A DNA stretch of 64,000 bases from a virus. Its lineage: Duplodnaviria; Caudoviricetes. The translations under genes and the position numbers were made by a program. The stretch covers positions 64,001-128,000 of the IMG/VR virus record IMGVR_UViG_3300010346_000241. One strand, written 5' to 3'. Below, in pieces: positions 41,344-51,316 of this stretch (position 1 is its first letter; each line of letters opens with the position of its first letter). The notes beneath the pieces are model-generated. The model worked only from the letters and a program-made list of their open reading frames with translations. It ran no database searches and was not told the DNA's origin.

Positions 41344-41608
41344 AAACATCTGATGGTGATACCGACGCGGGACGAACGGAGCAACGAAAGGGAGGGCTCA
41401 GGTGGAAACAAGCCAGTCGCGAGGGCGCGACTGGTTCCAGGAAGGACAACCAGGAAGGACTCTTAGGAGAGAGCAACCAGGAAGAACTAGACAAGGGTAC
41501 AGACGAGAAGAGTCAAAGAAGAGAGAAGCAAGAGTCCAACAACGCGCAGAACGCGATATATAATAGAGAGGAGAGAGGAGAATATCGTTTCGTTTTCATT
41601 TCGGATGT
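41344..41608 (+). ncRNA. Candidate GGA-rich structured non-coding RNA (alternatively an origin-like element)
   Basis: AACA-cctaaa-TA at 41333-41344; complementary 5'/3' ends ACATCTGA/TCGGATGT; GC hairpin 41411-41436; three CCAGGAAG repeats; 13 GGA motifs. Confidence 0.4.
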
Positions 41609-41649
41609 CTAAGATCAACCAAATCTAGCGAAAAGAGGTATATTACATC

Positions 41650-42066
41650 ATGATCAATCACAAGACACCTAAGAATGTACGTTATGGAGAGCCCTATTAT
41701 ACTAAGAGAGACAACTTTGGTAATAAGTTGAGCTATGTAGTATATGAGAGAGGTAAGAATAACAAGGCAGTTCCTATAGAGTATAAGTACGAATACGATT
41801 CCGATGGTCATAAGATTGCTTACTATAGATCTGATGGAGTCTTCAACTTATATGAATATGATAAGTATGGAGACTTGATATATGAAGTTGAGGGTAGTGT
41901 ATATACAGGTATCACTACAGAGCACTGGTATAGTGGAAAGAGAGAAATATTCAGAAGAAGAGTGGATGCTGAGACTATGCTAGTCCGCGAACATCGCAAT
42001 GGTGTACAGACTACTGAGTACTACAATCCCTTTGTGAGAATGTATAATAATCCACTCTGTCGTTAA
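41650..42066 (+). CDS. Small YD/RHS-like repeat protein (138 aa)
   Basis: YEYDSDGHKIAY and YEYDKYGDLIYE repeats; GAGGT RBS; TATATTAC at 41639-41646. Confidence 0.6.
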   Translation: MINHKTPKNVRYGEPYYTKRDNFGNKLSYVVYERGKNNKAVPIEYKYEYDSDGHKIAYYRSDGVFNLYEYDKYGDLIYEVEGSVYTGITTEHWYSGKREIFRRRVDAETMLVREHRNGVQTTEYYNPFVRMYNNPLCR

Positions 42067-42196
42067 CTATATAGTATGGAGTGAATCCACTTCATCATAC
42101 TCGATGTATATCATAATGATTCTCCTTGTTCATATATGATAACCGAACCTCCCCTAGGGTGTGGGACCCTAGGGGAAACTTAGTGTTTATAGAGAT

Positions 42197-42208
42197 AACT
42201 TTACTATA
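42197..42208 (+). promoter_or_regulatory. Late promoter variant AACT-N6-TA driving the tRNA
   Basis: AACT-ttacta-TA, 10 nt before the tRNA 5' end. Confidence 0.55.
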
Positions 42209-42217
42209 ATCAAGCGA

Positions 42218-42292
42218 TAGGGTATAGCAAAGAGGAAATGCATCGGGCTTTGACCCCGTAATTCGTGGGTTCGATCCCCACTACCCTAACCA
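42218..42292 (+). tRNA. tRNA-Gln (anticodon TTG)
   Basis: Acceptor stem TAGGGTA/TACCCTA with U1-A72; anticodon arm CGGG-ctTTGac-CCCG; T arm GTGGG-TTCGATC-CCCAC; encoded CCA. Confidence 0.92.
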
Positions 42293-42328
42293 AACGTTAC
42301 TGTTATATGTGATATACCTTCTAAAACG

Positions 42329-42359
42329 AATGTGGAGTACCGTAATGGTACTCCACATT
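42329..42359. terminator. Bidirectional terminator hairpin
   Basis: AATGTGGAGTACC/GGTACTCCACATT 13-bp stem between the tRNA and the convergent RNAP gene. Confidence 0.75.
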
Positions 42360-42367
42360 TGTCGTGT

Positions 42368-45300
42368 TTACTTAAGTTTATCCTCTATCTCCTTACGATG
42401 TACGGTGTAGTCTTGCTTGATTCCCATAATATCCTTAACCTGACGGTCAAGTTCTACAAGGAACTTGTTAGCCATACCATGAAGAAGTGGTGTAGCACAC
42501 ATACGAGCATCAAATGATCTCATAGAGAAGAGTACATCGATTGGTTCATCTGGTCTGTATTCAGATTTAGGCTCCTTGCCCTTGGGGAAGACTTCTTTAC
42601 ATACACCCTTTTGAGCTCCGAGTGCGATAAGCTTGTCTCCTGTAGCAAAGTCATCCTTATACTTAACGTAGATCTCTATCAATACTCCAGATTCAAGGCC
42701 CTTGAGCTTTCCTGTGTTTGAGAGCTTCTGGTCATTGGTGTAAGACTGAGCCTTTACCTTGTCGTACTTCTCAATAGTCTTACGTATATCACTCTGCTTC
42801 TTCTCATACTCTTTTACTATCTTCTGGAGAGATGGAGAGAGTTCTGAGATTTCACAAGTTCTATACATCTTGATGTCTTCTACATAGCCAGTGTTATGTG
42901 ACTTGATGGGTATACGACCAAGAGAGGTTACTGTCTCTTCATCATCTACAAGGTTCTTAAGAAGCGTATTGACATCGTCATCTTCATAAGAGTTCTGTAT
43001 AACGAGAAGAGGATCACCCTCCTGGATAGGCTGACCAACCTTAACGAGATTGAACACATTGGTTCCCTTCTCAAGGTTGATATCAACCTGAGTGATGATA
43101 TCTGAAGACAGAGCTTCACATACATAGCTAGATACAGCAGTAGAATCCTCAAACCCTTCATCTGTAGTCATGATACCTACCTTAAGCAGAGCACCCTGAA
43201 CGTATGTAGGATTATCATCATATCCCATATGCTGATCATAACTCAAAGGATCATAGGCAATTACCTGTCCAGCCTTTACAGTACCGCCAAGCTTGTCTGA
43301 TGCCTTAAGCTTAACAGATGCATAGAAACCACCATCTGAGTTCTTGTAAACCTTGTTACGAAGATCTACATAGTCTATAGAGCCATCCTTGTACTTGACT
43401 ACTATATACTCATCAGTTCTCTCTACTATCTTACCGTCCTGCTTAGCACAAACTGAGAAGACATCTGGAGTGAAGTTAGCGAGAGCATCATCGGCACCGT
43501 TAGTTACGAGCAGAGGATCACCACCCTGTACACGCATACCATGCTTAGTTCTCTGAGTGAATGACATAGCAAGTCGGAATGGGTCATCATGTGTAGTACA
43601 GCCAGGAACAAGAGCTTCGTTCATAGCCATAGTATTGACATCATTCATGATATCTGTATTACCAGCAGTATCCTTAATGTATCCTCTCTTGCCAGCAATG
43701 TTGGCATTGACTGTAGTCTGTCTTACTGTACCAACTGTAGAAGCAAATCCAGTAGACATACCGAGTATACCATTCATAGAATCATCAAAGGTTCTCTTAT
43801 CAAGTGAGTAAGAACGTTCTGAGTTCATACCAGAGAGTCCCTTGAATGATACAGTGTTTACAGCCTCTGCGTAACAAAGATCGTTGATTGTAGAAGCATC
43901 TCCAGTAGTGTTGTCGAGAAGGATAAGGTCTATGATAGCAGACTGCTTGAGTGACATACTACCCTTACCCGTCTTCTTAAGACGAGTCCTATATTCGGCA
44001 TATGCCTTAGCAAGAGCCTTGTATGTATATCCAGCAACAAGTTCATTAGTTCTGAATCTGTTGCCTCTGATATCAGTATGCTTATTGTACTTAGAGTCAA
44101 CCAGCATATTTGAAGCATAGATAAGAGCAGAACAGAAGTCTGAAGGAATGTCGTATGCCTCACAAGTTCTCTTAGAGATAGGATCAAACATGAGGTCATA
44201 GAAGTTATCCAGACCGTCTGCCTTGATACGTCCACCAAACAGATCCAGAGCTTCTGTCCACATCTGCTTAGTATTGATATCCTTGATAGAGTATGTGTCT
44301 GTAGGAACTCCCTTAAGACCATTCATGAGCATAGATGATGAGTAGTTGATCTTGTAGATGAGATATGCATCAGAGAACTTGATGATATCCTCTGTTGTTC
44401 TATCATAAGAACGAGTCTCACTGATTCTGTATTCTACGTTAGCCTTAGAGAGAGTCTTAGTAAGTCCCTCACAGTAACAGCAGATTACAACTACAGGGAT
44501 AGTAGTAGTCATAATCGAAGCATCTGAGTAGGAATATCTTACACTAGCCTTACACTCATCGTAGATAGCCTTAAACTCAGGACACTGACAGAGGTATTCT
44601 GCTATCATCTGAGCACAGATGACATTGGTGTTGGGATGATAGATAATCTCTCCCTTAAGTGAGTCGTATCCTATAGGAGTACCCTGCTTAAGATCAAGCT
44701 TATCCTTATACTTCTCTCTGATTACATCCTGGTCGAAGTAGAATGTATAGTGTTTATATGAAAGCATAGAGTAAGTTGTACCAAGATCTATATAGTCTAT
44801 AGGAAGATCATACTTCAGTGAGCCGATGTAGTTGTTACCCAGCTTTACATTGATATGCTTTCCTTCAAGCTTACTGAGTGTCTTACAGATCTTATCAGCA
44901 TACAGATTACTCTTACCAAGTGAGGAGCCATATACTCTGAAGAAGATCTTGTTATAGTTAGTAGTGATCTGACAAACGTCCTTCTCGGTCTTTATGATAG
45001 GAAGATTCATGAGCTGAGCATTGATAGTTTTATCATTACCTCTAAGTCTCATGAAACGATTGTTGATGAACTTAGGGATATCGAACTTGAGAGTGAAACG
45101 AGTACCGTGTATATCTTCCATGTGAGCAGTCCATGTCTCTATGAGATCTTCTGATGTAGAAGTATCCTCAACATTGACATCTCTTACAGCTACAGGTACT
45201 GTTCTAGTACCGAAGAAAGAAAGGATAGCCATGATATCTTCATCTACATCATACTCCTTATTGAAGTTGATATACTGAAGATTAGACCACTGATCCTTGT

Positions 45301-47668
45301 TTATAGAGTTGATACTGAGTGAGGTCTTAGGAAGCTCCTCTTCAAGCTCAGTATCCTGTGACTTCTCGATGAGTTCCTTAACAGACTTACCCTTTACAGA
45401 CTGAGTCTTGAAGTTATCATTCAAAGTATTGATACGTGCTGTACGAGCACTAGATACCTTTATACCATTAGACTCTTCATCTGCGATGTCCTTGATAAGG
45501 TTAGCTATATACTCATCATTGTTGAGCTTCTCTATAGCTTCATCAGTAGAAGTGGATGTAGAAGCAGCATCGGCTATAGCCTTAGCTACCTTAACCTTCT
45601 TCTGAAGAGTGTCCTCTGTTTCAGCCTGCTTATCAGACTTAGCGGGTCCTACTTCCTTAGGAACTACCTTCTCCTTATCTTCCTTAGGAGTCGTAGTTTT
45701 AGTGGTAGTCTTAACTGCCGTTTCTGTCTTCTTAGGTTCTTCCTTCTTTACTACAGGCTTCGGAGTAGTCTCCTTCTTTTCGTCCTTAGAAGATTCTGGG
45801 AGTCTAGCCAGCTTGTTAGCAAGACCAGAGAGTGTACCCTTATTGCTAGCACCCTTAGTACCAGTAAGAGCATACATCTGGATACCCTGACTCTTCTCCA
45901 GCTTATCTACAATGTCTGTTACTATAGCATCTGGAGTATCCTGAACCATCTCATCGTCCTCTATAGGAGCCTTAGAGATGAGTGTACGGATATTGTTCAT
46001 GAACTTAGACAGAACATTCTTATCTAAGTCCTTGAAGTTGATCTTGAAGTATCCTGTAGCACCGAGGAAGATAGTATCCATATCTCCGAAGAGGGTACGA
46101 AGTTTACCTACCTTATTGGTTTTGAGAAGACGTATCATGATAGAGATAGGATTGATATTCTCTCTATAGTCAAGTACATCTCCAGTCTTCTTGTTCCAAT
46201 CAATAACTGGGATTATAAGGGTCTTCTTAGTGTAACCAGAGTTAACGAAAGCCTTGTTGTTGAGCAGTCTACCGATGAGATCGTAGTAGAGGTCAACAGC
46301 CTTATCGTTAACAAACGTGTTGTTCTTGTTTTCGAAGAATGCCTTGTTGTAGTAAGATGTATCTACATAGAGATTCTTCATCTTATAAGCAGGATAGTTG
46401 AAGTACGTAAACTTGATAGAAGGACACTGACTCTTTACAGCCTTGTAGATAGCAGTGATATCCTTCTGATTACGAATTCTCTCTGGGTAGAGTATCTGCT
46501 TGAGCTTAGCACTGTTACGAGCAACAGCATCTTCATTGAAGATATCGTCGCATATGATAAGCTGATTACCACACTGAAGTCCAAGCTCTGTCATAGCAGC
46601 TTCGCTGACTCTCTCTACCTTGTAGCTCTCTTCAAGAGGTACGGTTTCTTCCTTAAGAACAAGCTTGATGCTCTTTCTGGAAGCCTTTCTGTTGTCTATA
46701 CCAGTGAGTGCTTCACCCTTGAGAAGAGTCTTGTACTTTGTAGCTATACGAGTCATAACCTGAGTCATGTCTTCATCGTAATAGATTGTAGCGTACTCAT
46801 ACTTACCCTTCATGTTTGTCATGATATGACTTCTCATACCATAGATGAGCGCATTAGTACAGTACTCCTGATACTCTTCATTGGGATCTACATAGATAGT
46901 ACACTCAAGAGTCTTACCTGATGCGGACTCCTTACGACCGTAGATAAAGCCGACAAGCTCATTCTCGCCCTCGTGATATGCTTTCACGAGGATCTTAATG
47001 TCGTTTACGCTTCCCTTGAGGGTTATATCTCTACCATACTCCTTAGAGTAGAGCGCATCACACTCCTTGAACTCCTTAGTGATTGTAGCAGTATCCTTGA
47101 AGAAGTAGATATCGTAATCGTCAAAGGTCATCTCTTTGATAGGATGGTAGTACTTATGGAAGCGATTACCTTCTCCTACTTCGAGATCGGTGATATTATA
47201 CTTCTTGATAGCCTTTACGATGTTGTGAGCAAGAGTCTTCTCGTCTTCGGGATGTACATGGTTGAACATCCTTACTGCAGCACGCACATGGGCTTCATCA
47301 TTCAGAGGATACTTCCTCTTACTAGGAATGCCGAACTGCTTATCATCAAGTTTGTTTCTCTTGTCAGAGGGGAGCTTAGCCTCTACGAAGATATAGTCGA
47401 GGAATCTATCGGTAGAGTCTACAAAGCTCTGTATGTAGTTCTCTTGAGTAAGGATAGTATTGATACTCTTCTCAAGATAGTAGGACTGGAACCATGCTCT
47501 GTTGATGAACGTTTTAGAGTTGATTATTCCTATAGAAGATTCGAGGTTAGGGGTGAGAAGGATAACAGCACTACCCTTCTTGTTAGAGTCTTCATTCAAC
47601 GGTAAGTATAGCTTGTTGTTAGAGCTATACAGCTTATAGGGCTTAAGCTCATGTATATGAATACTCAT
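42368..47668 (-). CDS. RNA polymerase beta-like subunit (probably virion RNAP) with a long N-terminal extension
   Basis: HDDPFRLAMS, GFEDS, GDKLIALGAQKGVC and PIDVLFSMRSFDARM correspond to beta conserved regions. Late promoter at 47694-47705 and xxE sites suggest it is packaged. Start refined to 47668. Confidence 0.85.
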   Translation of the reverse strand: MSIHIHELKPYKLYSSNNKLYLPLNEDSNKKGSAVILLTPNLESSIGIINSKTFINRAWFQSYYLEKSINTILTQENYIQSFVDSTDRFLDYIFVEAKLPSDKRNKLDDKQFGIPSKRKYPLNDEAHVRAAVRMFNHVHPEDEKTLAHNIVKAIKKYNITDLEVGEGNRFHKYYHPIKEMTFDDYDIYFFKDTATITKEFKECDALYSKEYGRDITLKGSVNDIKILVKAYHEGENELVGFIYGRKESASGKTLECTIYVDPNEEYQEYCTNALIYGMRSHIMTNMKGKYEYATIYYDEDMTQVMTRIATKYKTLLKGEALTGIDNRKASRKSIKLVLKEETVPLEESYKVERVSEAAMTELGLQCGNQLIICDDIFNEDAVARNSAKLKQILYPERIRNQKDITAIYKAVKSQCPSIKFTYFNYPAYKMKNLYVDTSYYNKAFFENKNNTFVNDKAVDLYYDLIGRLLNNKAFVNSGYTKKTLIIPVIDWNKKTGDVLDYRENINPISIMIRLLKTNKVGKLRTLFGDMDTIFLGATGYFKINFKDLDKNVLSKFMNNIRTLISKAPIEDDEMVQDTPDAIVTDIVDKLEKSQGIQMYALTGTKGASNKGTLSGLANKLARLPESSKDEKKETTPKPVVKKEEPKKTETAVKTTTKTTTPKEDKEKVVPKEVGPAKSDKQAETEDTLQKKVKVAKAIADAASTSTSTDEAIEKLNNDEYIANLIKDIADEESNGIKVSSARTARINTLNDNFKTQSVKGKSVKELIEKSQDTELEEELPKTSLSINSINKDQWSNLQYINFNKEYDVDEDIMAILSFFGTRTVPVAVRDVNVEDTSTSEDLIETWTAHMEDIHGTRFTLKFDIPKFINNRFMRLRGNDKTINAQLMNLPIIKTEKDVCQITTNYNKIFFRVYGSSLGKSNLYADKICKTLSKLEGKHINVKLGNNYIGSLKYDLPIDYIDLGTTYSMLSYKHYTFYFDQDVIREKYKDKLDLKQGTPIGYDSLKGEIIYHPNTNVICAQMIAEYLCQCPEFKAIYDECKASVRYSYSDASIMTTTIPVVVICCYCEGLTKTLSKANVEYRISETRSYDRTTEDIIKFSDAYLIYKINYSSSMLMNGLKGVPTDTYSIKDINTKQMWTEALDLFGGRIKADGLDNFYDLMFDPISKRTCEAYDIPSDFCSALIYASNMLVDSKYNKHTDIRGNRFRTNELVAGYTYKALAKAYAEYRTRLKKTGKGSMSLKQSAIIDLILLDNTTGDASTINDLCYAEAVNTVSFKGLSGMNSERSYSLDKRTFDDSMNGILGMSTGFASTVGTVRQTTVNANIAGKRGYIKDTAGNTDIMNDVNTMAMNEALVPGCTTHDDPFRLAMSFTQRTKHGMRVQGGDPLLVTNGADDALANFTPDVFSVCAKQDGKIVERTDEYIVVKYKDGSIDYVDLRNKVYKNSDGGFYASVKLKASDKLGGTVKAGQVIAYDPLSYDQHMGYDDNPTYVQGALLKVGIMTTDEGFEDSTAVSSYVCEALSSDIITQVDINLEKGTNVFNLVKVGQPIQEGDPLLVIQNSYEDDDVNTLLKNLVDDEETVTSLGRIPIKSHNTGYVEDIKMYRTCEISELSPSLQKIVKEYEKKQSDIRKTIEKYDKVKAQSYTNDQKLSNTGKLKGLESGVLIEIYVKYKDDFATGDKLIALGAQKGVCKEVFPKGKEPKSEYRPDEPIDVLFSMRSFDARMCATPLLHGMANKFLVELDRQVKDIMGIKQDYTVHRKEIEDKLK

Positions 47669-47693
47669 ATGAACTCTCCTTTCCAATTTAGAT

Positions 47694-47705
47694 TACTAAA
47701 ATGTT
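47694..47705 (-). promoter_or_regulatory. Late promoter AACA-N6-TA
   Basis: AACA-ttttag-TA. Confidence 0.75.
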
Positions 47706-47790
47706 CAACAGCTCAATCAAGGCGCTTCGTAAAGGTGAATAGTTTTAAATACATACTATTGAGGTAGATCATTTGAAAGGAGGTCTTCAT

Positions 47791-48129
47791 ATGAAGACTA
47801 TAAACAACTACGTAAAAAACAGAGAAGCAAGGACCCTAATAAAAGCAATAGCCTTTGTAGGCTATATTGTTCTGGGTGTGATATGGTGGGGTGCATATAT
47901 CACCATATCGGTTATCTACCATTTCTTATGTGATATGGTAGAAGCTATACTCTATTGGCTAGAAGAAATCGCAGCTGCTAGATATAAACTACAGCAGTTG
48001 CATAAGAAGCTCTCGTATTTTGAGATGCTTGTGATCGTAATGGGTACGATCGCTATTCTTGCAGTACTAGGCTGTATAATGTACTTTTTGATGTTCTCGT
48101 TCACTGTCATTATCCCAACTGGATATTGA
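47791..48129 (+). CDS. Two-TM membrane protein (112 aa)
   Basis: AAAGGAGG RBS before 47791; two hydrophobic helices; candidate early motif CATACTAT at 47752. Confidence 0.7.
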   Translation: MKTINNYVKNREARTLIKAIAFVGYIVLGVIWWGAYITISVIYHFLCDMVEAILYWLEEIAAARYKLQQLHKKLSYFEMLVIVMGTIAILAVLGCIMYFLMFSFTVIIPTGY

Positions 48130-48137
48130 TAGGCGAC

Positions 48138-48176
48138 AAATAGGGGGTGGCTGTTACGCCACTCCCTTATTTTTTA
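48138..48176. terminator. Terminator between convergent genes
   Basis: GGGGGTGGC/GCCACTCCC stem plus T-run. Confidence 0.7.
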
Positions 48177-50927
48177 TTCAAAGCTCCAGATTACGTTACC
48201 TGCTTCTGTGATGTGCTCCTTGTTTCTCAACCAGATAACATCACACTCATTCTGTGTATACTCACTGTTGTGAGAGATAAGTACACTCTGACTAGCATTG
48301 ACCATATCCATCAGACCTAAGAGAATGTCGAAGAAGCGTCTTCTGTTCTCTGTATCCAATGAAGCATCTATCTCATCACCTACTATGATATTCATCCTAG
48401 TAGAGACCTGACTAAGCATACTGATGCTAATGATCATACTAATCAATGCTACCTGAGCAGATGACATAGAAGTTATATCATCGTGATTAAGTCCGCCCTG
48501 TACTGCTATAGGAATACGGAACTCATCTTCTGTGATGACGAATGGAAGTATGTTAAATGCTCCCCCGAAGAGTCCTGAAAGCATCCAGTTAGCCTTCTCG
48601 AGTATCTTACTCAGATACAGTGTAGCGAATACCAACTGTATACCAGTAGTAGGAGAAGTATAGTACTTGATGACCTCTATCTTATCAAGCATCTCTTTGT
48701 TGGCCTTGAGATCGTCTATGTATGAGCCATAGAGTCTTCTAGACGTCTCCAGATCGGCCAATTCTTTTTTCATCGGAATGAGCTTCTCTTCGATTTCATT
48801 GATGCTTCCTTCACACTCATATATAGTCTTCTTAGCCTCAAGTAACTTAGACAAAGAGGACTCTAAAGTCATAACCTCAGCAGCAATCTCTTTGGCCTTA
48901 TCATTGAGTAGAGATAGTTTATTCATCTCTTCTATGTAAGCATGAACTTCTTCAAGCTTTCTTTCATCGGCCGTTATAGCCATATCGAGTTGAGCTATCT
49001 CATATCTATTGTCTTGAGTCTTCTTAAGAGTAATATCAAGCTCATTCTGAAGTTTGTTGATATCTTCAGTAAGCATGTTGATAAGCTGTTCATTAGACTC
49101 AAGTCTATCGATGTCACTCTGTATCTTTGAGAGGTTGTCTTGAATGTCCTTATACTCCTCGAATGAGTTAGCTACATAGAGATGATTGTAGAGGAAGTCT
49201 ACATACTGATTGAAGATCTCCATAGTCTTTACTACCTTACTATCTGAAGTGTAGTTGAAGTTGACAATGAAGTTGTATGCAGGCATGAACTCCTTAGGAG
49301 TGATAAGCTTGAGAGTAGATGAGATGCCGTTCACTTTAGCCTTAAGCATCTGAAGTTCACGGAAGCCATTCTCTACCCTTTCCATCCTCTCATACATAAG
49401 CTTAGCACCATTATACTCAGCAGTAGCGTTTCTGATGATAGACTCGTAGTCTTCATCACTACGATAGCTATCATACTCACGCTTCTTTCGTATAGCATTA
49501 GCGATGAAGTGACAATCATCAAATGTGCAACCATTAGGTCTAAACTCAAGAAGACCTTCAAATGAACTCTTAAGAGCTTCTTTAGTCTTAAGATCCTGCT
49601 TAACAGCATTGATAGTTTCTTTATGTTCCTCCATAGCTTTAGATGCAGCTTTCATGATAGAGAGTGAAGATAACTCTCCATCTCTTTCATGACCGAACTC
49701 TGATACACACTCTACAAGGAACTCTATATCAGCAAACTCTGATGATGAGAGTCTGTCTCTTACTTCACATAGAGTGCTGATACACTGCACAAGTGCGTCC
49801 TTAGTGAATGGAATCTCTAGAGTGTTGATGTTAAGCTTACTAAGCTCTTCTCTTATCTCACTGAACCTAGTCTGGAACTTCTTCTTAAGCTCTCTAAGAT
49901 ACTCAAGAGACTCACCATTGTTGACATCCTTAAGCTTCTGTCTCTTCTGGTTAATCTCTATAGTGTCAATCTCAGTCTTAGACATAAGAGTACCAATCTC
50001 TGTATTGAGTGAACTCTTCTTCTGTTTAGCAAGTTCTATCTGAGTAGTAAGATGAGCAGGATCAATCCTACATACATCTTGTCCTCTATACTTACGGTCG
50101 ATTACCTTTTTGGTCATTTCGATGTCACTCTCACACTTAGTCATCTCTGACATAGTATCAAGATACTTCTGGTTCTTAGTACCGTCGGGATCAAGAGTAA
50201 GAATAACTGCTTCTGCCTTAGACTTAAGGTCTTTCTCATCGTTGAGAAGCTCATCAGCCTGCTTAACTGCTGATGTGAGGTTCTGTATTCTAAGGTCAAG
50301 CTTACCTACATCACCTATAGTACTGAGACGACTCTCGATGTTCTTGATGACTCCCTTATACATGATACTCTTCTTGCTGAGAACTTTATACATGTCATTA
50401 TAAGCATCCACATTGTTAAGGATACTATTGACGAACTTCTTTCTCTCAGCAGGCTTCATATCTGCCATACCTCTCTTAGTACTACTAAGCTGAGTAAGAG
50501 ATAAGTAACAAGGATCAAGACTGAACTTGTCATAGATGATTTCCTTAGCAGAAGATACATTTCCACTAGGATTGAGATCAATCGCTGATGCTGGAGTAAT
50601 CTCATAGATGTGACCCTTAGGAGTAGCTCTATCTCCCTTAGAGTTCACTTCATAGACATACTCTATCTTATACAAGATACCAGTGTATTCGTCAAGATAT
50701 ACGATACACTTGTATGCTACCATTCCTGGGATGAATGCTGATGAAGGTTCTGGAAGAGGATTGAGTGCTTTCATGATTGTACTCTTACCAGAACCATTGT
50801 CTCCCTTAATGAGACAGATCTTGTGTTGGCATTTGGAGAAGTCGATAACAAGCTCGTTGAGCTCCATGCCATTGTATATACCTGCATAATTACGCAGTTC
50901 CAAGTAGTTTATACGCATAACGTTCAC
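48174..50927 (-). CDS. sbcC: SbcC/Rad50-like SMC ATPase (recombination nuclease subunit)
   Basis: Walker A GDNGSGKS, long coiled coils, central CTFDDC hook-like motif, signature MSSAQ, Walker B IIVGDE, LISH. Confidence 0.88.
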   Translation of the reverse strand: MNVMRINYLELRNYAGIYNGMELNELVIDFSKCQHKICLIKGDNGSGKSTIMKALNPLPEPSSAFIPGMVAYKCIVYLDEYTGILYKIEYVYEVNSKGDRATPKGHIYEITPASAIDLNPSGNVSSAKEIIYDKFSLDPCYLSLTQLSSTKRGMADMKPAERKKFVNSILNNVDAYNDMYKVLSKKSIMYKGVIKNIESRLSTIGDVGKLDLRIQNLTSAVKQADELLNDEKDLKSKAEAVILTLDPDGTKNQKYLDTMSEMTKCESDIEMTKKVIDRKYRGQDVCRIDPAHLTTQIELAKQKKSSLNTEIGTLMSKTEIDTIEINQKRQKLKDVNNGESLEYLRELKKKFQTRFSEIREELSKLNINTLEIPFTKDALVQCISTLCEVRDRLSSSEFADIEFLVECVSEFGHERDGELSSLSIMKAASKAMEEHKETINAVKQDLKTKEALKSSFEGLLEFRPNGCTFDDCHFIANAIRKKREYDSYRSDEDYESIIRNATAEYNGAKLMYERMERVENGFRELQMLKAKVNGISSTLKLITPKEFMPAYNFIVNFNYTSDSKVVKTMEIFNQYVDFLYNHLYVANSFEEYKDIQDNLSKIQSDIDRLESNEQLINMLTEDINKLQNELDITLKKTQDNRYEIAQLDMAITADERKLEEVHAYIEEMNKLSLLNDKAKEIAAEVMTLESSLSKLLEAKKTIYECEGSINEIEEKLIPMKKELADLETSRRLYGSYIDDLKANKEMLDKIEVIKYYTSPTTGIQLVFATLYLSKILEKANWMLSGLFGGAFNILPFVITEDEFRIPIAVQGGLNHDDITSMSSAQVALISMIISISMLSQVSTRMNIIVGDEIDASLDTENRRRFFDILLGLMDMVNASQSVLISHNSEYTQNECDVIWLRNKEHITEAGNVIWSFE

Positions 50928-50947
50928 AACGTCCTTTCTCGCTAGAT

Positions 50948-50959
50948 TATAGTATTGTT
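50948..50959 (-). promoter_or_regulatory. Late promoter AACA-N6-TA
   Basis: AACA-atacta-TA upstream of sbcC. Confidence 0.7.
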
Positions 50960-50997
50960 AACGTACGTGTTTGGATTGATTATGGAGGATGCACTAA

Positions 50998-51030
50998 AGA
51001 AAAAAGGAATGGAGTCCCTTTCGGGACCCC
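50998..51030 (-). terminator. Intrinsic terminator
   Basis: GGGGTCCC-GAAA-GGGACTCC hairpin followed by a T-run on the minus strand. Confidence 0.75.
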
Positions 51031-51122
51031 TGAGTATTAAGATGTTGTAAACCATGAGTAAGGACAAGGTCTACTAAAGGCTAGAAGTTATAGTGGGTTT
51101 ATTTTGGAATAGTTTGTTATCC

Positions 51123-51316
51123 GACGGAGCGGACACGATAGATAGCTTCAAGAATGCTTTAGCAGTGACTGACAATCAAATACTTCCTACATCTGTTACA
51201 AGCTGCTCAAACAGGACGATTTACTCGCAACATGTATCGGTAAGCGCAGAGTGGTAACTCTAAGGGGATTAGAAGAGAAAACCCTGACTTGAAACTATCT
51301 ATCCTATCCGTCCGTC
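51123..51316 (-). ncRNA. Candidate 194-nt structured non-coding RNA (6S-like architecture)
   Basis: ~28-bp closing stem; second long apical stem; G-U wobbles favour the minus strand; the predicted +1 of AACA-tatcat-TG is exactly the first paired G (51316); no ORF. Confidence 0.7.

Noticed and set aside
41291-41494. 67-aa minus-strand ORF and 37-aa plus-strand ORF (41353) in the purine-rich gap
   Set aside because: No RBS and atypical composition; the region looks non-coding
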